A DNA stretch of 56,498 nucleotides, filler included, from Piptocephalis cylindrospora (taxonomy: Eukaryota), in NCBI GenBank assembly GCA_003614145.1. It is 2 parts of 2 records of this genome, joined end to end, with 100 filler letters (N's around TTAATTAATTAA, not from the genome) between each part and the next. Parts side by side here need not be neighbours in the genome. Positions count along the whole stretch, not along the records: positions 28,312 to 56,498 come from KZ987763.1; 1 more part is not named here. One strand, 5' to 3'. The translations under genes were made by a program, and so were the position numbers. A model generated the notes under the pieces. That model saw only the letters and a list, made by a program, of their open reading frames with translations, was not told the origin of the DNA and did no database searches. Below are positions 34,034 to 47,188 of this stretch, piece by piece. Within the stretch, counting starts at the first letter, position 1; each line of letters starts with the position of its first letter.

Positions 34034-34689
34034 AGTATCCTTTTCTAGGTACTCGCGTTGACCTATCTGATGATGATAAAAGCATTTTATTTTCCCCAGT
34101 GGGGTAGGCAGATGGGCATCCGAACACAGTATCTGCTAAGATAGCTGGCATGTGCGGTACCAGGAGCACTATGCTCCCGACGCGTACCCTATACCAAAGA
34201 AGAGATGGATGGATACTACAGAGTCCTGAAGGCCATTTTCACCCGAAGAAACGTCCTCCACCACAAGAGTCTCTGAGAGCAATCAGGGAAACTTGGGACA
34301 CGATTAGGCATACCATTATCCCCCCCAGGCCCGCGTTGATCTATCTGATCCGTTCTCTTTATCATTTTTAATATTGCTACAAGAAAGAAGTATCTAGAAT
34401 ACATACTATCCCTAATTGCTCTTCCCCATAAAACCATATCAAATATGACAAATTCTGATGATAGAATGACTACGAACACCATCGTGACACAGCCCAAGTC
34501 ATTATACCCTATCAAGTCATTGGAAGGTGTGATGAGTATACAGGTACTGTATATCCCCCACTACATGTATGTACCTCCAATTCTTGGTATAAAGCTGTCA
34601 CGCCCTTTCTCCTAATAATAACAACACACGGATTTTTCGCTTTTGATCAACCATTCCTCCCCCCTTCACACCCATCTCTCATCCCCACC

Positions 34690-37600
34690 ATGCCCGCCAT
34701 CTCACCTGCGCAGTTAGCGCAGCTCCAGCAAAATGCTCGGAACGTCCGCAACATCTGCATCATGGCCCACGTTGATCATGGCAAGACCACCCTGTCCGAC
34801 TCCTTGCTTGCCTCTAACGGTGTCATCTCCTCCAAGCTCGCCGGGAAGGTCCGATATCTGGATAGTCGAGAGGATGAGCAGGAACGTGGCATTACCATGG
34901 AGTCCAGTGCAATCAGCCTTTATTTTAAAACTCTCCGTAAAGCTACTGCGGAAGAGACCATCCCTTCCTTGATCGGTAAATTAGGATCAGTGAACGAGTA
35001 AAGCACCCTGTCTATGGCATGAATCACTCACTTTATCTCCTTATAGATGAGTACCTGGTCAATTTAATTGATTCCCCAGGCCATGTGGATTTTTCCGGCG
35101 AGGTCTCTACTGCTTCCAGGCTCTGCGATGGTGCTCTGATCCTCGTAGATGCCGTTGAGGGCGTCTGCACTCAGGTGAGGATGAGAAAATGATTATAGCT
35201 ATATATAATGGATTGAAGGAAAGAATAATGTTTCTGATTCCCCCTCCCCCCTTTTTCCTTCCTCTTAGACGCACACGGTCCTGCGACAGGCCTGGCAGGA
35301 ACGGGTCAAACCCATCCTCGTGTTCAACAAGATTGATCGTCTCATCCTCGAGCTACGTCTCAGCCCCATGGAGGCGTATCATCATCTAATCCGTATCCTA
35401 GAACAAGTGAATGCTGTCACCGGTAAACTCTGGGCCTCAGATCGAATTGAGGAGGAGACACGGAGACACGAACTGGTAAGTGATCTCGGTGGTTATAGGA
35501 ATAGTTTGGAGTCCAATAGGTCTTTTTGTAAATGTGTATGTGAATGAGCCATTTCTGACACAGCCTCTGTTATCTATGCATAGGCCAAGGCGAGAGGTAA
35601 TGAGGAGGAGCAAGGCACGCCGAGCCCGGGCCTCAAGAACGAAATTCAAAATGAAGATGTTGAGGATGAAAAACTCTACTTTTCTCCAGAATATGGGAAT
35701 GTCATCTTTGCCAGTGCTGTTGACGGATGGGCATTTAGGTAAGAATGATGATATTGACCTTTTGGTCTGGGAAGAATGATGATTTTCACCCAAGATTCAC
35801 CATTTAAACCACCTTCATTTCCCTTCTAGAATCCATCAATTTGCCTCTCTCTATGCCAAGAAGCTTGGTATGAAGGAGGCCACCCTTCGAAAGACTCTGT
35901 GGGGAGACTATTATTTGGACCCCAAGACCAAGAGGATCCTTCAGCACAAACAACTAAAAAACAGGAATCTCAAGCCCATGTTTGTTCAATTTGTGCTCGA
36001 AAACATCTGGTCAGCCTATGACACCATTGTGAATAGCCAGTAAGTTATGTGAAAATATTAAATGAACCCCGATACAACTCTTCTCATACCCCTTTCTCTC
36101 CCTCCTTCAGTGACCCAATTAAGATTGAAAAGATTGTCAAGGCTCTGGGAGTAAAGATTCTTCCGAGGGATCTGAGATCCAAGGATACTCGTGCCCTTGT
36201 GACTACAATCTTCTCTCAATGGCTTCCCTTATCTTCGTCGGTCCTTTTGGCCGTCATCGATGTCCTTCCATCCCCAGTCGAGGCTCAGGCCCTACGTATG
36301 CCATTTATCTTACGTCCAGCCTTCAAAGGCCCTGGACAATGGCCTCCTGATCCCACACCCCTTGAAACTTCCGTTTATAATTGTCAATCGGATCCCACTC
36401 AGGAATCAGAGGATCGCAAAGAGGCCGTCCCCGTGGTGGCGTACATTAGCAAGATGTTTTCCGTGCCCCGAGATATGCTTCCCCAAAATCGACGTCGGTC
36501 CATTACGGCCGAAGAGATGAGGGAGCGGGGAAGGGAAATTCGCCAGGCCAGGTTAGCTGCATCGGCTGCTGCAGCTGCCGGATCCGCAGCCCTGGACCGA
36601 GCAGATTCCTCTTCCCTAGACCCCGGCGTCGCCATCCCCGATCCCTCCCCCGCTATTCTGACCCACTCCTCCTCTGTTGTGGGGAGTGAAGAGGAAGAGA
36701 TTACGGCGGTAAAGCAAGAGTTGGTGAAGAAAGAGGAGGAGGAAGAGGAGGAAGAGGAAGTATTGATTGGTCTATCTAGAATTTATTCGGGAACCATTCG
36801 TATTGGGCAGCAACTCCAGGTCCTTGGGCCAAAGTATGATCCCAAAACTCCTCATCTTCATACCCACACCATCACCATATCCTCTTTGTACATGGTCATG
36901 GGTCGAGAACTGGCGGCACTAGATGCTGTCCCGGCTGGAAATATCTTTGGCATTGGTGGTCTGGGCTCCACTGTCCTCAAGACCGCTACCCTCACCTCCT
37001 CCCCCCTGGATTGTCCCAGTCTTGGTACCCTTCGCATGGTGTCGTCTCCCATTGTCCGTGTGGCCATCGAACCCGCCCACCCTTCCCAGGGCCCTCAGTT
37101 GGCCCGAGGTCTCCGTCTACTCTCTATGGCTGATGCTTGTGTGGAAGTGGTAATGCAGGAGACTGGAGAGCAAGTCCTCCTCACTGTCGGGGAAATTCAC
37201 TTGGAAAGATGTTTAAAGGATTTACGCGAACGCTTCGCTAAAATTGAAATTCACGTCTCCCCTCCTATTGTCCCCTTCCGGGAGACGGCCGTGGAACCAA
37301 CTGAGCCTGATACCCCTACCTTTGGGGAAGGGGAGGAAGCTGAGACCAAGACGGGAAGGTCTGTCGTAGTTACCGGAGTACAGGGCCGGTATACCCTCCG
37401 TCTCTCCGCCTACCCCTTGCCTCCACGGGTTCGTAAATACCTTCAATCTCAATCACTTATTCTCAAGTCCATTATTTCTGACTCTGGAGCCAATCGAGGC
37501 CTTGGTCGATTTGAGGAGGAAAGGAAGGACGGGACAGTAGATTCCTCGGGCGTTGAAGAGTTGATCGAACCTGAACTACTGGAGATGGAGGGAGAGACCC

Positions 37601-38747
37601 TTGGGGCAGGTATAGTGGGAGACGAGACGGCAGATAAGAGCACTTTGAAGACCTTTAAAGATGGCCTGAAACGCGCCTTCTCCAAGTCTCCTGACCCTGA
37701 GGGTATCTGGGGAAAGGATGTGGTGGAGAGGATCTGGTCCTTTGGTCCAAAACATATTGGCCCCAACCTTCTTCTCTCTTCCTCTCTCCCCACCTCCACA
37801 AGCCGTTCTTTCCTTTCCCGTATGAGTGGCAGCTCTGGAGGCGAGACACCTCGAGAAAACTCGAAGGAGGGAGGGAGGGAATTGAACGGTTTTGACGGGT
37901 CTCTTCTTACTGGATTCCAGCTGGCCACGTACTCTGGTCCCTTGTGTGCTGAACCTGTTGTTGGTATGGCCTATGTGGTTGAGGATTTCTCCTTGACTCA
38001 AGCCGAGAAAAGCAAGGAGTCTGTCGAGGAGGAGGGGAGTGATCTTGGTAAGTTTACTGAAAAGATGGGTGAGGTCAAAAAAAAAGAGGGAGGGGAGAGT
38101 CTTTGCTTTGGTCCATCTCTAAACTCCCTACCCCGTTACTTCCTATTACCTCTCAATAGCCAGCGCCACCGGCCAGGTCATCACAATGATGCGAGAAGCA
38201 TGTAAACAGGCCTTCCTACGCCTCTCCCCCCGTCTCATGCTGGCCATGTACACTTGCGACATTCAAGCCACCACGGAGATCCTGGGAAAGGTGTACGCTG
38301 TGGTAGGACGACGGAAGGGCCGAATTATTTCTGAGGAAATGGATGACGGCACCTCCTTTTTCAATATCAGTGCCCTTCTTCCGGTTGTGGAAAGCTTTGG
38401 GTTTGCGGACGGTAAGGTTTATTGTGAGGAGAAGGGAGTGTGTATCCCTGGTGGTTCCCATTCTAAAACCGTTTTATCATCACCTCCCCCTTCATTCTCT
38501 CACAGACATCCGGAAAAAGACTTCGGGAGCCGCTAGTCCCATGTTGGTCTTCACTGGATATCAAATGTTGGAGGAGGACCCCTTCTGGGTGCCTACAACC
38601 GAGGAGGAGCTAGAGGACCTTGGGGAGAAAGCAGACCGAGAGAACTTGGCCAAGAAGAACATGGATGCAGTCCGTCGTCGTAAAGGCATGTTTGTGGAGA
38701 ATAAGATTGTCGAGAAGGCTGAGAAGCAGAGGACATTAAAGAAGTAA
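34690..38747 (+). CDS. EFL1: Ribosome biogenesis GTPase EFL1/Ria1 (EF-2-like), multi-exon
   Basis: [65 protein letters not shown] and the EFL1-specific [20 protein letters not shown]...[11 protein letters not shown]-terminus. Confidence 0.96.
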
Positions 38748-41015
38748 AGGGTTTTTATTGAAGAGAAGAGAATAGAATATTGAGTCTTTTCATTTGGTTT
38801 TATGTATACAAAGATGAAAGCATTGACGAATATGATTTATTTAAAATAAAGGATTATTCTCCTTTTTTTACTTGATGTATCTATCGAAATATTAGGCAGA
38901 TCGTATCGAGCTCACCCGAGATAGCATTCAGGCCCGAGTTAAAGTATGGATTGCAAACACCGATGAAAGTGGAGAACGATCATTAAAAGGGGAAAAATAG
39001 ATAAATCGGAGGAAATTAAAGAATGTAAGAGTGGTTGAAGAATCTACCAAAGAAACGATACGATTGTGAGGAAAAATTAAAATCTGAAGCTTTGTAATCA
39101 CTCAGGAAAAGGACATAATTTTAACTTTTACTTTCGGAAAGTTGTGTTCGGATAATAATTATCATCTTTTTTTCTCACTTCATTAAAATGATCTGCATGC
39201 CTTAGTCAGCCATTAACCAATCACAAATGATCGAAACTATTCACCATTATCGATTCCCGCGTCTTCAGATTATGATAGTCAGTGCTATGATGAAACATGA
39301 TTTTTTCGGCTTAGTGTAACACCTAAAAACGTCATCTACCAATACCCTAGTTCCACACGTTACATTTTCATGGATCTCTTCATCAAGGTACTTTATGGAC
39401 GGCTCACTCTCTTTCCTTCCGTGGTACCTCTCCTATAGGCCCAAGATGTTGTGAAGAAGAGGATATCATAAGGCATCAATTCCTTGAATGCCCGAATTCC
39501 CGGGCTCTTTGGTCCTATGTGTACTATCATTTGATGGAAGGACAAAAAGGAGATGGGTGGGAGGATGTGATCCTCTCACCTTATGCTCTTCTGAGATCAT
39601 TAGGATTTGAACCTAGTCTCCTGGTCATTGGATGCACATTTTGATGTAGTTACCGAGATATTCTATGGATTGCGTCAAGTTCATCCGAGGCAACATTCAG
39701 GGCAGATTTAAAGCATGAATCATGGATATTGATTCGGATACTGATAAGGGTCAAAAGAAGAGAACGGTTATTGAAAGGGGAGCGATGGAGAAATGGAGGA
39801 GAAGTGGAGGAAACGATTACTTTGTGAATGTAAGGACAATTGGTGTCCACACCTGGGAAGAGCTCGTCCTTCCAGAGAATATGAAGGTGTGAAGATGGAT
39901 GTGAGTGTGAGGTGTGTATGTATGTGTGCAGGTGTGTTTGCAAGAAAGCATCAGATAGCTTAAAACGCGCGTACAGGATATGATTTGAGCTAGGAGCGCT
40001 CTGATCACAAAATACATGCTTGAGAAAGCTTATTTTAGAGACACAACGACCAAGGACAGATCCAAAGTATTTAAGGTGACGAGGCAAAGAAGAACGCCCC
40101 CATTCTAGGACTCATCCATCCGTTTCTTTTTTCCTTTTTCACCTTTGGTCTTCCCTTGACCTGCGTTTCTGTTTGATCCTTGATTCACTTAGTTGAAGCA
40201 TTTGGCTTACCACAATGAGGAAAGCCACTGAATCTTGCTGAGCTTAGCCTGTGAAGACTTTTAAGAAAAAGGGAAGGATGTGATTTCCTCAATACATTTC
40301 ACTGCTTACCGCTACTATGTTACATTTTCACGCATATATCGGTACATCTTTTGGAAATGATTATTATAACAACACGAATATCTCTCCAATTGGATTGCTT
40401 GATGATCGTAATAGCCAGACTTAATAGGCGGTACAGTATGAGATGGAGGGGAAAAGGTGAACGTGTATTATTTAGTCTAAATACGTATTGGCTCGACCAG
40501 CTTTTATAAAGGAGCTGGATGCATGGAAATGCTGAATTATGGATCTGCTCTGAAGAAGAGGACATTAGTTAATGTGTACGAATCCGTGCTTATCCGATTA
40601 TTAAAATTTGAGTGTCCTAATGCTAAAGGCCCTTGGTCTTGAAGGGCCCATAATGACTTGAAGAATACTGACTCTTGTTGTATAGTAGTACTGATCATTG
40701 ATCCGCTATTCTAATCATTAATCGAGATTGCTCTACTCCACTTTTTCTATCCAATCAGACACTCTCATTACACGGATTCGAGTTCAAAATTAGAGGAGAA
40801 TTCAAGAGACAATTATATTTTATCCAGGAAGCAGCCTGAAAGAGCCCGAACATATGGGATGAATCGTGTGGACTAGCTTTCAGCATAGGGATACACACAT
40901 ACAGAGCATCTCACACCCTTCGATCCACGCCATGAATATCTGGGATATAAACCGGGATGAAGTGGGGCTGCCGTGTATAATTCAAAGACTTCCCACAATA
41001 AATTGGCCAAATCCC

Positions 41016-41240
41016 CTAATAATAATAATAATACGATGGTGTTGCCCTACACCGACGCAACACCGGATTCGCATTGCAGCATTCATCCTTAGCCTTCTTT
41101 ATGTCCTCATCATTCATTTGCCCAGGATCCCCAGAGTTAATTTCATCGTCTTCGACTGGCACAGGCAAGCCAACGGTAAATGTGATTAGGCAGATGCCGA
41201 CGAGGACAAGGGTGGTCAGAGTACGGGCAGTAAGACGTAT
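41016..41240 (-). other. 74-codon secreted-peptide-like ORF starting with ATA (non-AUG gene or young pseudogene)
   Basis: CAAC-ATA-CGT start context; (I/M)RLTARTLTTLVLVGICLITFTVG-LPVPVEDDEI...KDECCNANPVLRRCRATPSYYYYY*; TATAAATA at 41387-41394. Not in the ORF track. Confidence 0.6.
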
Positions 41241-42270
41241 GTTGAATGGATTAATCCGATGTTGATAATGATAGTGAGGAGGAACAGACAGGCTAGCTGA
41301 ATGATTAAGATTAGGCTAGGATGGATTTAGATAGATTATATGAGGGAGTAAGGAGTGGCGACTTCTTGGAGGTTCGCCATTCCCTCTATTTATATCTTCT
41401 GGTCCCCAAAAGACCACTTCCAATTCATTATCCTATCTGAGCATATCCAGGAATGATTATATAAAAAGGACTGGTTTTTCCGAGTGCTCTATAATCATCC
41501 ATACAGCAAAGGATTGATCGCCGTTTGGGTCAATTACCTTGGAGTGTGTTGAGGATGAGTGAAATGCATCGCGTGCCCTGCTTCCTCTGGGATGTTGAAG
41601 CCATGTAAAGTCCGCCCACCCTCCCTTGAACCAGTGAGGATGCACACTACCTCAGCATTTAGTATCAGGAGTGAATAGCTCTATCTCTTCTACACTTGGA
41701 TGACCGGTCGAGTCTTTTCCATCTCTCCAGATGTGATGAATCGTCTCTAGGAGTTTACTCGATGACATTTGATATATTCGCCTATCCCTTCCTCGTCTAC
41801 AAGGTGGACCCGAAAGTGTTCACCAGTCCAGGATCACTGACCTCTGCTCAACCTACTATTTTACCATCATCCTCAATGAGGTGGCGCAGTAGGACAATCC
41901 CATCTTCAAACAGGTCGTGTCATCAAGAATGAGCTACGGTAGTTGAAGAGAAAGTGAACCCAATGTACATACATTAACAGGAGAAGAAAAAGATGCCAAG
42001 AATAGCATTCTTTTGGGAAGCTGAGTCAATCCGTCCTCTCAACTCACTTGGATAAAGATGGGACTCCTTAGAAATGGTCACGGTTTATATCTTTACGCGA
42101 AACGCTAATCATAAAATCCAAAAAATGCCATTCAGCGTGACAAAAAAGGAATACTTTATTTCAAAAGTGCATATTTGTACCATTAGACGTTCCCAATGTG
42201 TTGTTAGAGACTAGCCACTATACATCTTCTCTATAACCAGTACTAAAAGAATGTAGGTAAGTCTTCAAAA

Positions 42271-42343
42271 TGGAGGACCTGGGCATCGATCCCAGTACCT
42301 ATCGCATGCGAAGCGATCGCTCTACCATTTGAGCTAGACCCCC
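42271..42343 (-). tRNA. tRNA-Ala(CGC)
   Basis: GGGGGTCTAGCTCAAATGGTAGAGCGATCGCTT-CGC-ATGCGATAGGTACTGGGATCGATGCCCAGGTCCTCCA; G3:U70 pair; followed by TTTT. Confidence 0.95.
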
Positions 42344-42348
42344 ATAAC

Positions 42349-42421
42349 TGCCTTCTGGCGGATTTGAACCGCCGACCTTCCGCTTACTAGGCGGACGCTC
42401 TGCCAACTGAGCCAAGAAGGC
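42349..42421 (-). tRNA. tRNA-Thr(AGT)
   Basis: GCCTTCTTGGCTCAGTTGGCAGAGCGTCCGCCT-AGT-AAGCGGAAGGTCGGCGGTTCAAATCCGCCAGAAGGCA; complete cloverleaf. Confidence 0.95.
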
Positions 42422-42899
42422 GTTGTTGGAATTTTTCCACGTATATCTATAAAATATTGTTATTTCTAAATAAAAAAGGCCTGTAAAACAATTCTAGCCA
42501 ATTTTACAAAAAAGTGAAATGATTTTAATAGCGAATTTCTCCCTCAGTTGTGGCAAGGGTGTGAATTCGTGTAGTCTGTTGGGTTCATTTCCCCATGAGA
42601 CAATACTTTTTTCAACAGCGATATCGAATTCCTTGCACTCTCCTCCCACTAAACAATGATTGAGTTGAAACTCACAACCCAATACTCACATCCATCTTCT
42701 CATAGATGATGGTAGGAAGAGAGATACCAAAGGGGCACATCCTTGACCTTTCTGAAAGGAAAAGGACGATGAAATGGAAAAAAGAAAGGGGGCTCAATTG
42801 TATCAACCACATTCTCTCCCTGAACCTCCCTCAAACATCTACAAGGGTAGACGGGAATAGAAAAGGAAAGAGATCCTGTTGGACACGATAGTTTATGCC

Positions 42900-44195
42900 T
42901 TACTTGGTGACATCGTGCATGGCCCGGGCGAGGTGGTCGACATTGTGGGAGGAGATGCCGGCAACGGAAATACGACCATCCTTGGTGAGGTACACATGGT
43001 GATCACGGGTGATGCGGGCAACCTGGTCAGGGGTGAGGCCGGTGAAGCAGAACATACCAATCTGATCGGTGATGTGGCGCCAGGGCCGGCTGCTACCCAG
43101 ATCTTTCTCGAGGTGGTTGCGGAGCTGGGTACGCATGTCGATGATGCGGCTGGCCATGCCTTCAACCTCAGAGAGCCACTGGTTGTAGAGGTCAGGGTCA
43201 TTAAGGATGCGAGAAGCGATGCGGGCACCATTGACGGGAGGGTTGGAATAGAGAGGGCGAACGAGGATCTTGACCTGGGATTCAACGCGCTTCCTCTCCT
43301 CCTCATCGGCGCACACGAGGGAGAAGGCGCCGACGCGCTCACCGTACAGACCCATGTTCTTGGCAAAGGACTGGGAGAGGGCGACGCGATGGCCGGCCTG
43401 GACGAAGGAGCGAAGAGCATAGGAGTCCTGAGTGATGTTACCCGAGGCAAAGCCCTGGTATGCCATGTCGAAGAAGATAAAGTGGGAACGCTCCTTGCAG
43501 ACACGGTTGATCTCATCCCATTGCTCGCGGGTGGGATCAACACCGGTGGGGTTATGGGCACAGGCGTGAAGGAGGACGATGCTTCCAGTATCAAGGTTAC
43601 GGAGGTCCTCGAGCATGCCTTCGTAGTTGAGACCATTGGTCGAGGGATCAAAGTAGCGGTAGGTGCCGACGTCAAGACCAGCATCACGGAAGATGGGGGT
43701 GTGGTTACCCCAGGAGGGCGTGGGAAGCCAGACCTTCTTGGGGCCATCCTCGTAGAAGCGCTGGAGGAAGGCACCACCAAGGCGGAGGGCACCAGTGCCG
43801 GAAATGGACTGGGTAATGGCCAGACGATTCTCCTGGAGGACGGGGGAGTCGGTGCCGTAGGCAAGGATACCAGCGGCCTTAGTGAAGGAGGCCAGACCAG
43901 TGATGCCGAGGTACTCCTTGTCGAGGTTCTGGGAGAGGAGGTCGGCCTCAGCCTTGCGGACTGAGGGCAAGACGTAGGGCTTGCCCGAGTCGTCACGGTA
44001 GGCGCCAACACCAAGATTCATCTTCTCCGGGGAGGGATCGGCCTTGAAGGCCTCGGTAACCCCAAGAATGGCGTCGGGAGGACCCTGGGTGACTTTGGAC
44101 CAAGTGGAGACGGAGGAGGTGGAGGAGAGGACCGCGGCCAGGGGGCGACGGAAGCCCATGAGGGAAGGGGCGGCGGAGAGACGGGAGACGAGCAT
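42900..44195 (-). CDS. GOT2: Aspartate aminotransferase, mitochondrial (intronless)
   Basis: Arg/Ser-rich presequence; [48 protein letters not shown] (PLP Lys) and DGRISVAG. Confidence 0.97.
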   Translation of the reverse strand: MLVSRLSAAPSLMGFRRPLAAVLSSTSSVSTWSKVTQGPPDAILGVTEAFKADPSPEKMNLGVGAYRDDSGKPYVLPSVRKAEADLLSQNLDKEYLGITGLASFTKAAGILAYGTDSPVLQENRLAITQSISGTGALRLGGAFLQRFYEDGPKKVWLPTPSWGNHTPIFRDAGLDVGTYRYFDPSTNGLNYEGMLEDLRNLDTGSIVLLHACAHNPTGVDPTREQWDEINRVCKERSHFIFFDMAYQGFASGNITQDSYALRSFVQAGHRVALSQSFAKNMGLYGERVGAFSLVCADEEERKRVESQVKILVRPLYSNPPVNGARIASRILNDPDLYNQWLSEVEGMASRIIDMRTQLRNHLEKDLGSSRPWRHITDQIGMFCFTGLTPDQVARITRDHHVYLTKDGRISVAGISSHNVDHLARAMHDVTK

Positions 44196-45467
44196 GTCTG
44201 AGGGCGTGCGGTGTGGGGAAGCGCGAGAGGAAAGAGTCAAGTTTGGATGGGTGGGTCCGGGAAAGGTGGACGAGAGCGAACTGGGTACGAAGGAAGGGTA
44301 CGGTGCGTTAAAAGGTTGTGTTAGAAGCGAGAGAAGGAAGGAGCAGCTGGGCTTGGCTTGCTAGAGGGGAGTGGGATGGGGCAGAAGGCTGGGTCCGTGA
44401 ATGGCGGGGAACGGATGAGCCGAGCTAAAACACCACCAAGTCGTCTGTGCTCTGTATGGGGGGGAGGAAGGACCAGAGGAGGCACACCTGGATCTGGACC
44501 GGGAGTACCCGGGTGTGCCGCTGGAAGGGCGGGGATAGAGTGAACGCGTGTCTCCCGCCGCACATCACCCTTGCACCAATAAATCTGTCGGAGCGCGAAT
44601 TTTAGAATTTTGATGTAGATTTTCCTCTGTTATTTGTATGATGATCATAGTACCATGAGGATAGAGAGTTCATTGTGTACTACATTCGTTGCTTCGGACA
44701 AGGAAATGGAGGGGTACGGATGAATGAATTAATGGAACCTGGATTTAGGAAGATGACTAGAATGGTGGGGGAGGGGAATAGTTCAATATTCTAGTTTGGA
44801 TGCTTATCTCCATCTTTAAGACGATGCTAGAGCCCATACATCTCCATGTATTGCGCTGAAGCCCTATTGGAGGCAAGTAGAGGAAAATCACCCGAGGTTC
44901 TCACCCTTTTCCCCTTTCTCTTATCCGGATATTCACCTTGAGCATTACGACGGGATCCAGCTTCGTCCCATGAAGGCAGGTGGGTAGAGTGCAAGACTAG
45001 GATAAAGATGCATACGTGAACACCCCCCATCATGTGTGGAGGGAATGTGTCTATTCTAATTGGCCCAAGGAGCTCTCCCGCCAGAAGAGGCGCGGGGGAC
45101 AAGGTGGCATCCTTCCTCGCCTCTCACATTAGGACCGCTTTCACAGTCTTTCCTAACAAGGCGAGATCCCCCTAATCTCATCATCCCTTCGGTGCCTCCA
45201 AGCACCCACATTCATTCATCTACTGCCGCGATGCCCATACTCACAGCCCCGAAGCCTTCTCTCTCATCCACCAGCCAACGTCATGCTATAAATAGTCGTA
45301 CTTGTTCATTATCCCCGCTGTAGCCTCTCTCACCCTCCTGTTCTCCATCTTTTCCTTTCTGTTCCAGTCATCTTCCTTGCTCTCGCTCTCTCTTTTCTGC
45401 TTACTCGGACGCAGCCCTCACACACTTTAACTAAAGCTCAACTCGACCCAGTCACTCCCCTTGCACA

Positions 45468-46889
45468 ATGACCTCTGGTGGTTACGAAAGCCTCGTAGGC
45501 AAGCTCCTGTCGGCCAATCAGGGCCATCTTGTCATGTTTTGGAACAAGCTCTCCCCTGAGGAGCAGGAGAAGCTGGTATCCCAGCTTCGTGCTATGGACT
45601 TGGACCGGATCAACGGGATCTTCAAGCTGGCCACGACCACCAAAACTCCCCCGGCCTCCACGGTAACCCCCTTACCCGAGGAGGTGATTGGCTCCACTAT
45701 CGACGGAACCCCGGAGCAAAAGGCGACTTGGGAGGCTAAGGGCTTTGAGTTGGTGGCGGCCAACCAGGTGGCCGTAGTACTGATGGCCGGAGGTCAAGGA
45801 ACCCGTCTAGGCTCCGCAGCCCCCAAGGGTTGCTATGACATTGGCCTCCCCAGCCACAAGAGTCTTTTTGCGCTTCAGGCTGATCGGATCCGACGTGTTC
45901 AGATTCTGGCGGCCGCCAAGGCTGGAAAGGCCCCTGAGGAGGTCACCATCCCCTGGTATGTCATGACCTCGGCGCCGACGCGTGCCGCCACCGAGGCCCA
46001 TTTTAAGGAAAATAATTACTTTGGTCTCGAGCCCTCCTCGGTCTTCTTCTTCAACCAGGGAACTCTCCCTTGCTTTGACCCCTCGGGCAAGATCTTCCTT
46101 TCCGACCCTTCCACTCTGACGGCCTCTCCCGATGGGAATGGCGGGATCTACGCCGCCTTGTCCTCCGAGGGCGTCCTGGAGGACATGGCCAAGCGGGGTA
46201 TTGAGCATATCCACTCCTACTGCGTGGACAATTGTCTGGTCCGCGTGGCTGACCCCACCTTCGTCGGGTACTGCGCCCTGCAGGGGGCTGAGTGTGGGGC
46301 CAAGGTGGTGCGGAAGACGGAACCGGCCGAACCTGTCGGCGTCCTGTGCAAGCGGGAGGGCAAGTACTCGGTTGTAGAGTACAGCGAGATTGACAAGGAA
46401 ATGAGCGAGCAGCGACGAGAAGGTAGCGACAAGCTGGTATATGGCGCGGCCAACATCGCAAACCACTACTACACCCGGGCCTTCCTCGAGCGTGTCCCGG
46501 AGTTTGAGTCTTCCTTGGCCTATCATGTGGCCAGTAAGAAGATCCCCCATGTGGACATCACGACCGGGGAAGCCGTCAAGCCCACATCGCCCAATGGTGT
46601 TAAGCTCGAGCTCTTTGTCTTTGATGTCTTTCCCCATACCGAGAAGCTGGCTGTTCTTGAGGTGGAGAGGGCCGAGGAGTTTGCCCCCCTGAAGAATGCC
46701 CCGGGCACCGGCGTGGACTGCCCTGAGACGAGCAAGGAGGCTCTCCTGGCTCAGCAGCGCCGGTGGCTCCAGGCTGCCGGGGTTTCCTCGATTGAGGGGG
46801 ATGTGGAGCTCTCCAGCCTGACCTCCTATCAGGGTGAGGGTCTGGAGGCCTTTGCCGGTCAGGCTCTCCAGGGTCCCAAGGTCCTGTAG
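45468..46889 (+). CDS. UAP1: UDP-N-acetylglucosamine pyrophosphorylase (intronless)
   Basis: LMAGGQGTRLG..APKG, PDGNGG, YCVDN, VVEYSE, KLELFVFDVF and EFAPLKNA; TATAAATA at 45287-45294. Confidence 0.97.
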   Translation: MTSGGYESLVGKLLSANQGHLVMFWNKLSPEEQEKLVSQLRAMDLDRINGIFKLATTTKTPPASTVTPLPEEVIGSTIDGTPEQKATWEAKGFELVAANQVAVVLMAGGQGTRLGSAAPKGCYDIGLPSHKSLFALQADRIRRVQILAAAKAGKAPEEVTIPWYVMTSAPTRAATEAHFKENNYFGLEPSSVFFFNQGTLPCFDPSGKIFLSDPSTLTASPDGNGGIYAALSSEGVLEDMAKRGIEHIHSYCVDNCLVRVADPTFVGYCALQGAECGAKVVRKTEPAEPVGVLCKREGKYSVVEYSEIDKEMSEQRREGSDKLVYGAANIANHYYTRAFLERVPEFESSLAYHVASKKIPHVDITTGEAVKPTSPNGVKLELFVFDVFPHTEKLAVLEVERAEEFAPLKNAPGTGVDCPETSKEALLAQQRRWLQAAGVSSIEGDVELSSLTSYQGEGLEAFAGQALQGPKVL

Positions 46890-47188
46890 GATGAATGTCT
46901 TGTTCGTGCCATCGACATGTTGTTAAGTTGTTGAGAGGATAGGGAGAGATACTGATTGTGCAGGGGAGGAAGAAATATGAATGGCTGCTATGACCCTCTA
47001 TCAAAAACTGGTTTTACAACTATGAGGGAAATATATACATGTCATGCTCTCCCTCCAACGCTACACATTATGACTATTTTTTAAGAAGAGCCTGCTTTAT
47101 TCGGCAAGGGGCTGGCTCGACATGCCGTAGTAGTATGCGCATACACTATGCACTGTGCATTAAGGGAGAGTGCAGGTCAAAGCAGCCT

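Noticed and set aside
38800..40900. AT-richer gene-free stretch, possible ncRNA or transposon relic; short hairpin at 40628-40648
   Set aside because: No recognisable RNA family, terminal repeats or transposase motifs; the ORFs look non-coding.
42879..44014. Long overlapping ORFs on GOT2 (361 aa antisense, 373 aa alternate frame)
   Set aside because: Shadow ORFs expected from strong GC3 codon bias; no motifs. The same applies to overlaps on POP (3494-4163) and UAP1 (45807-46637).
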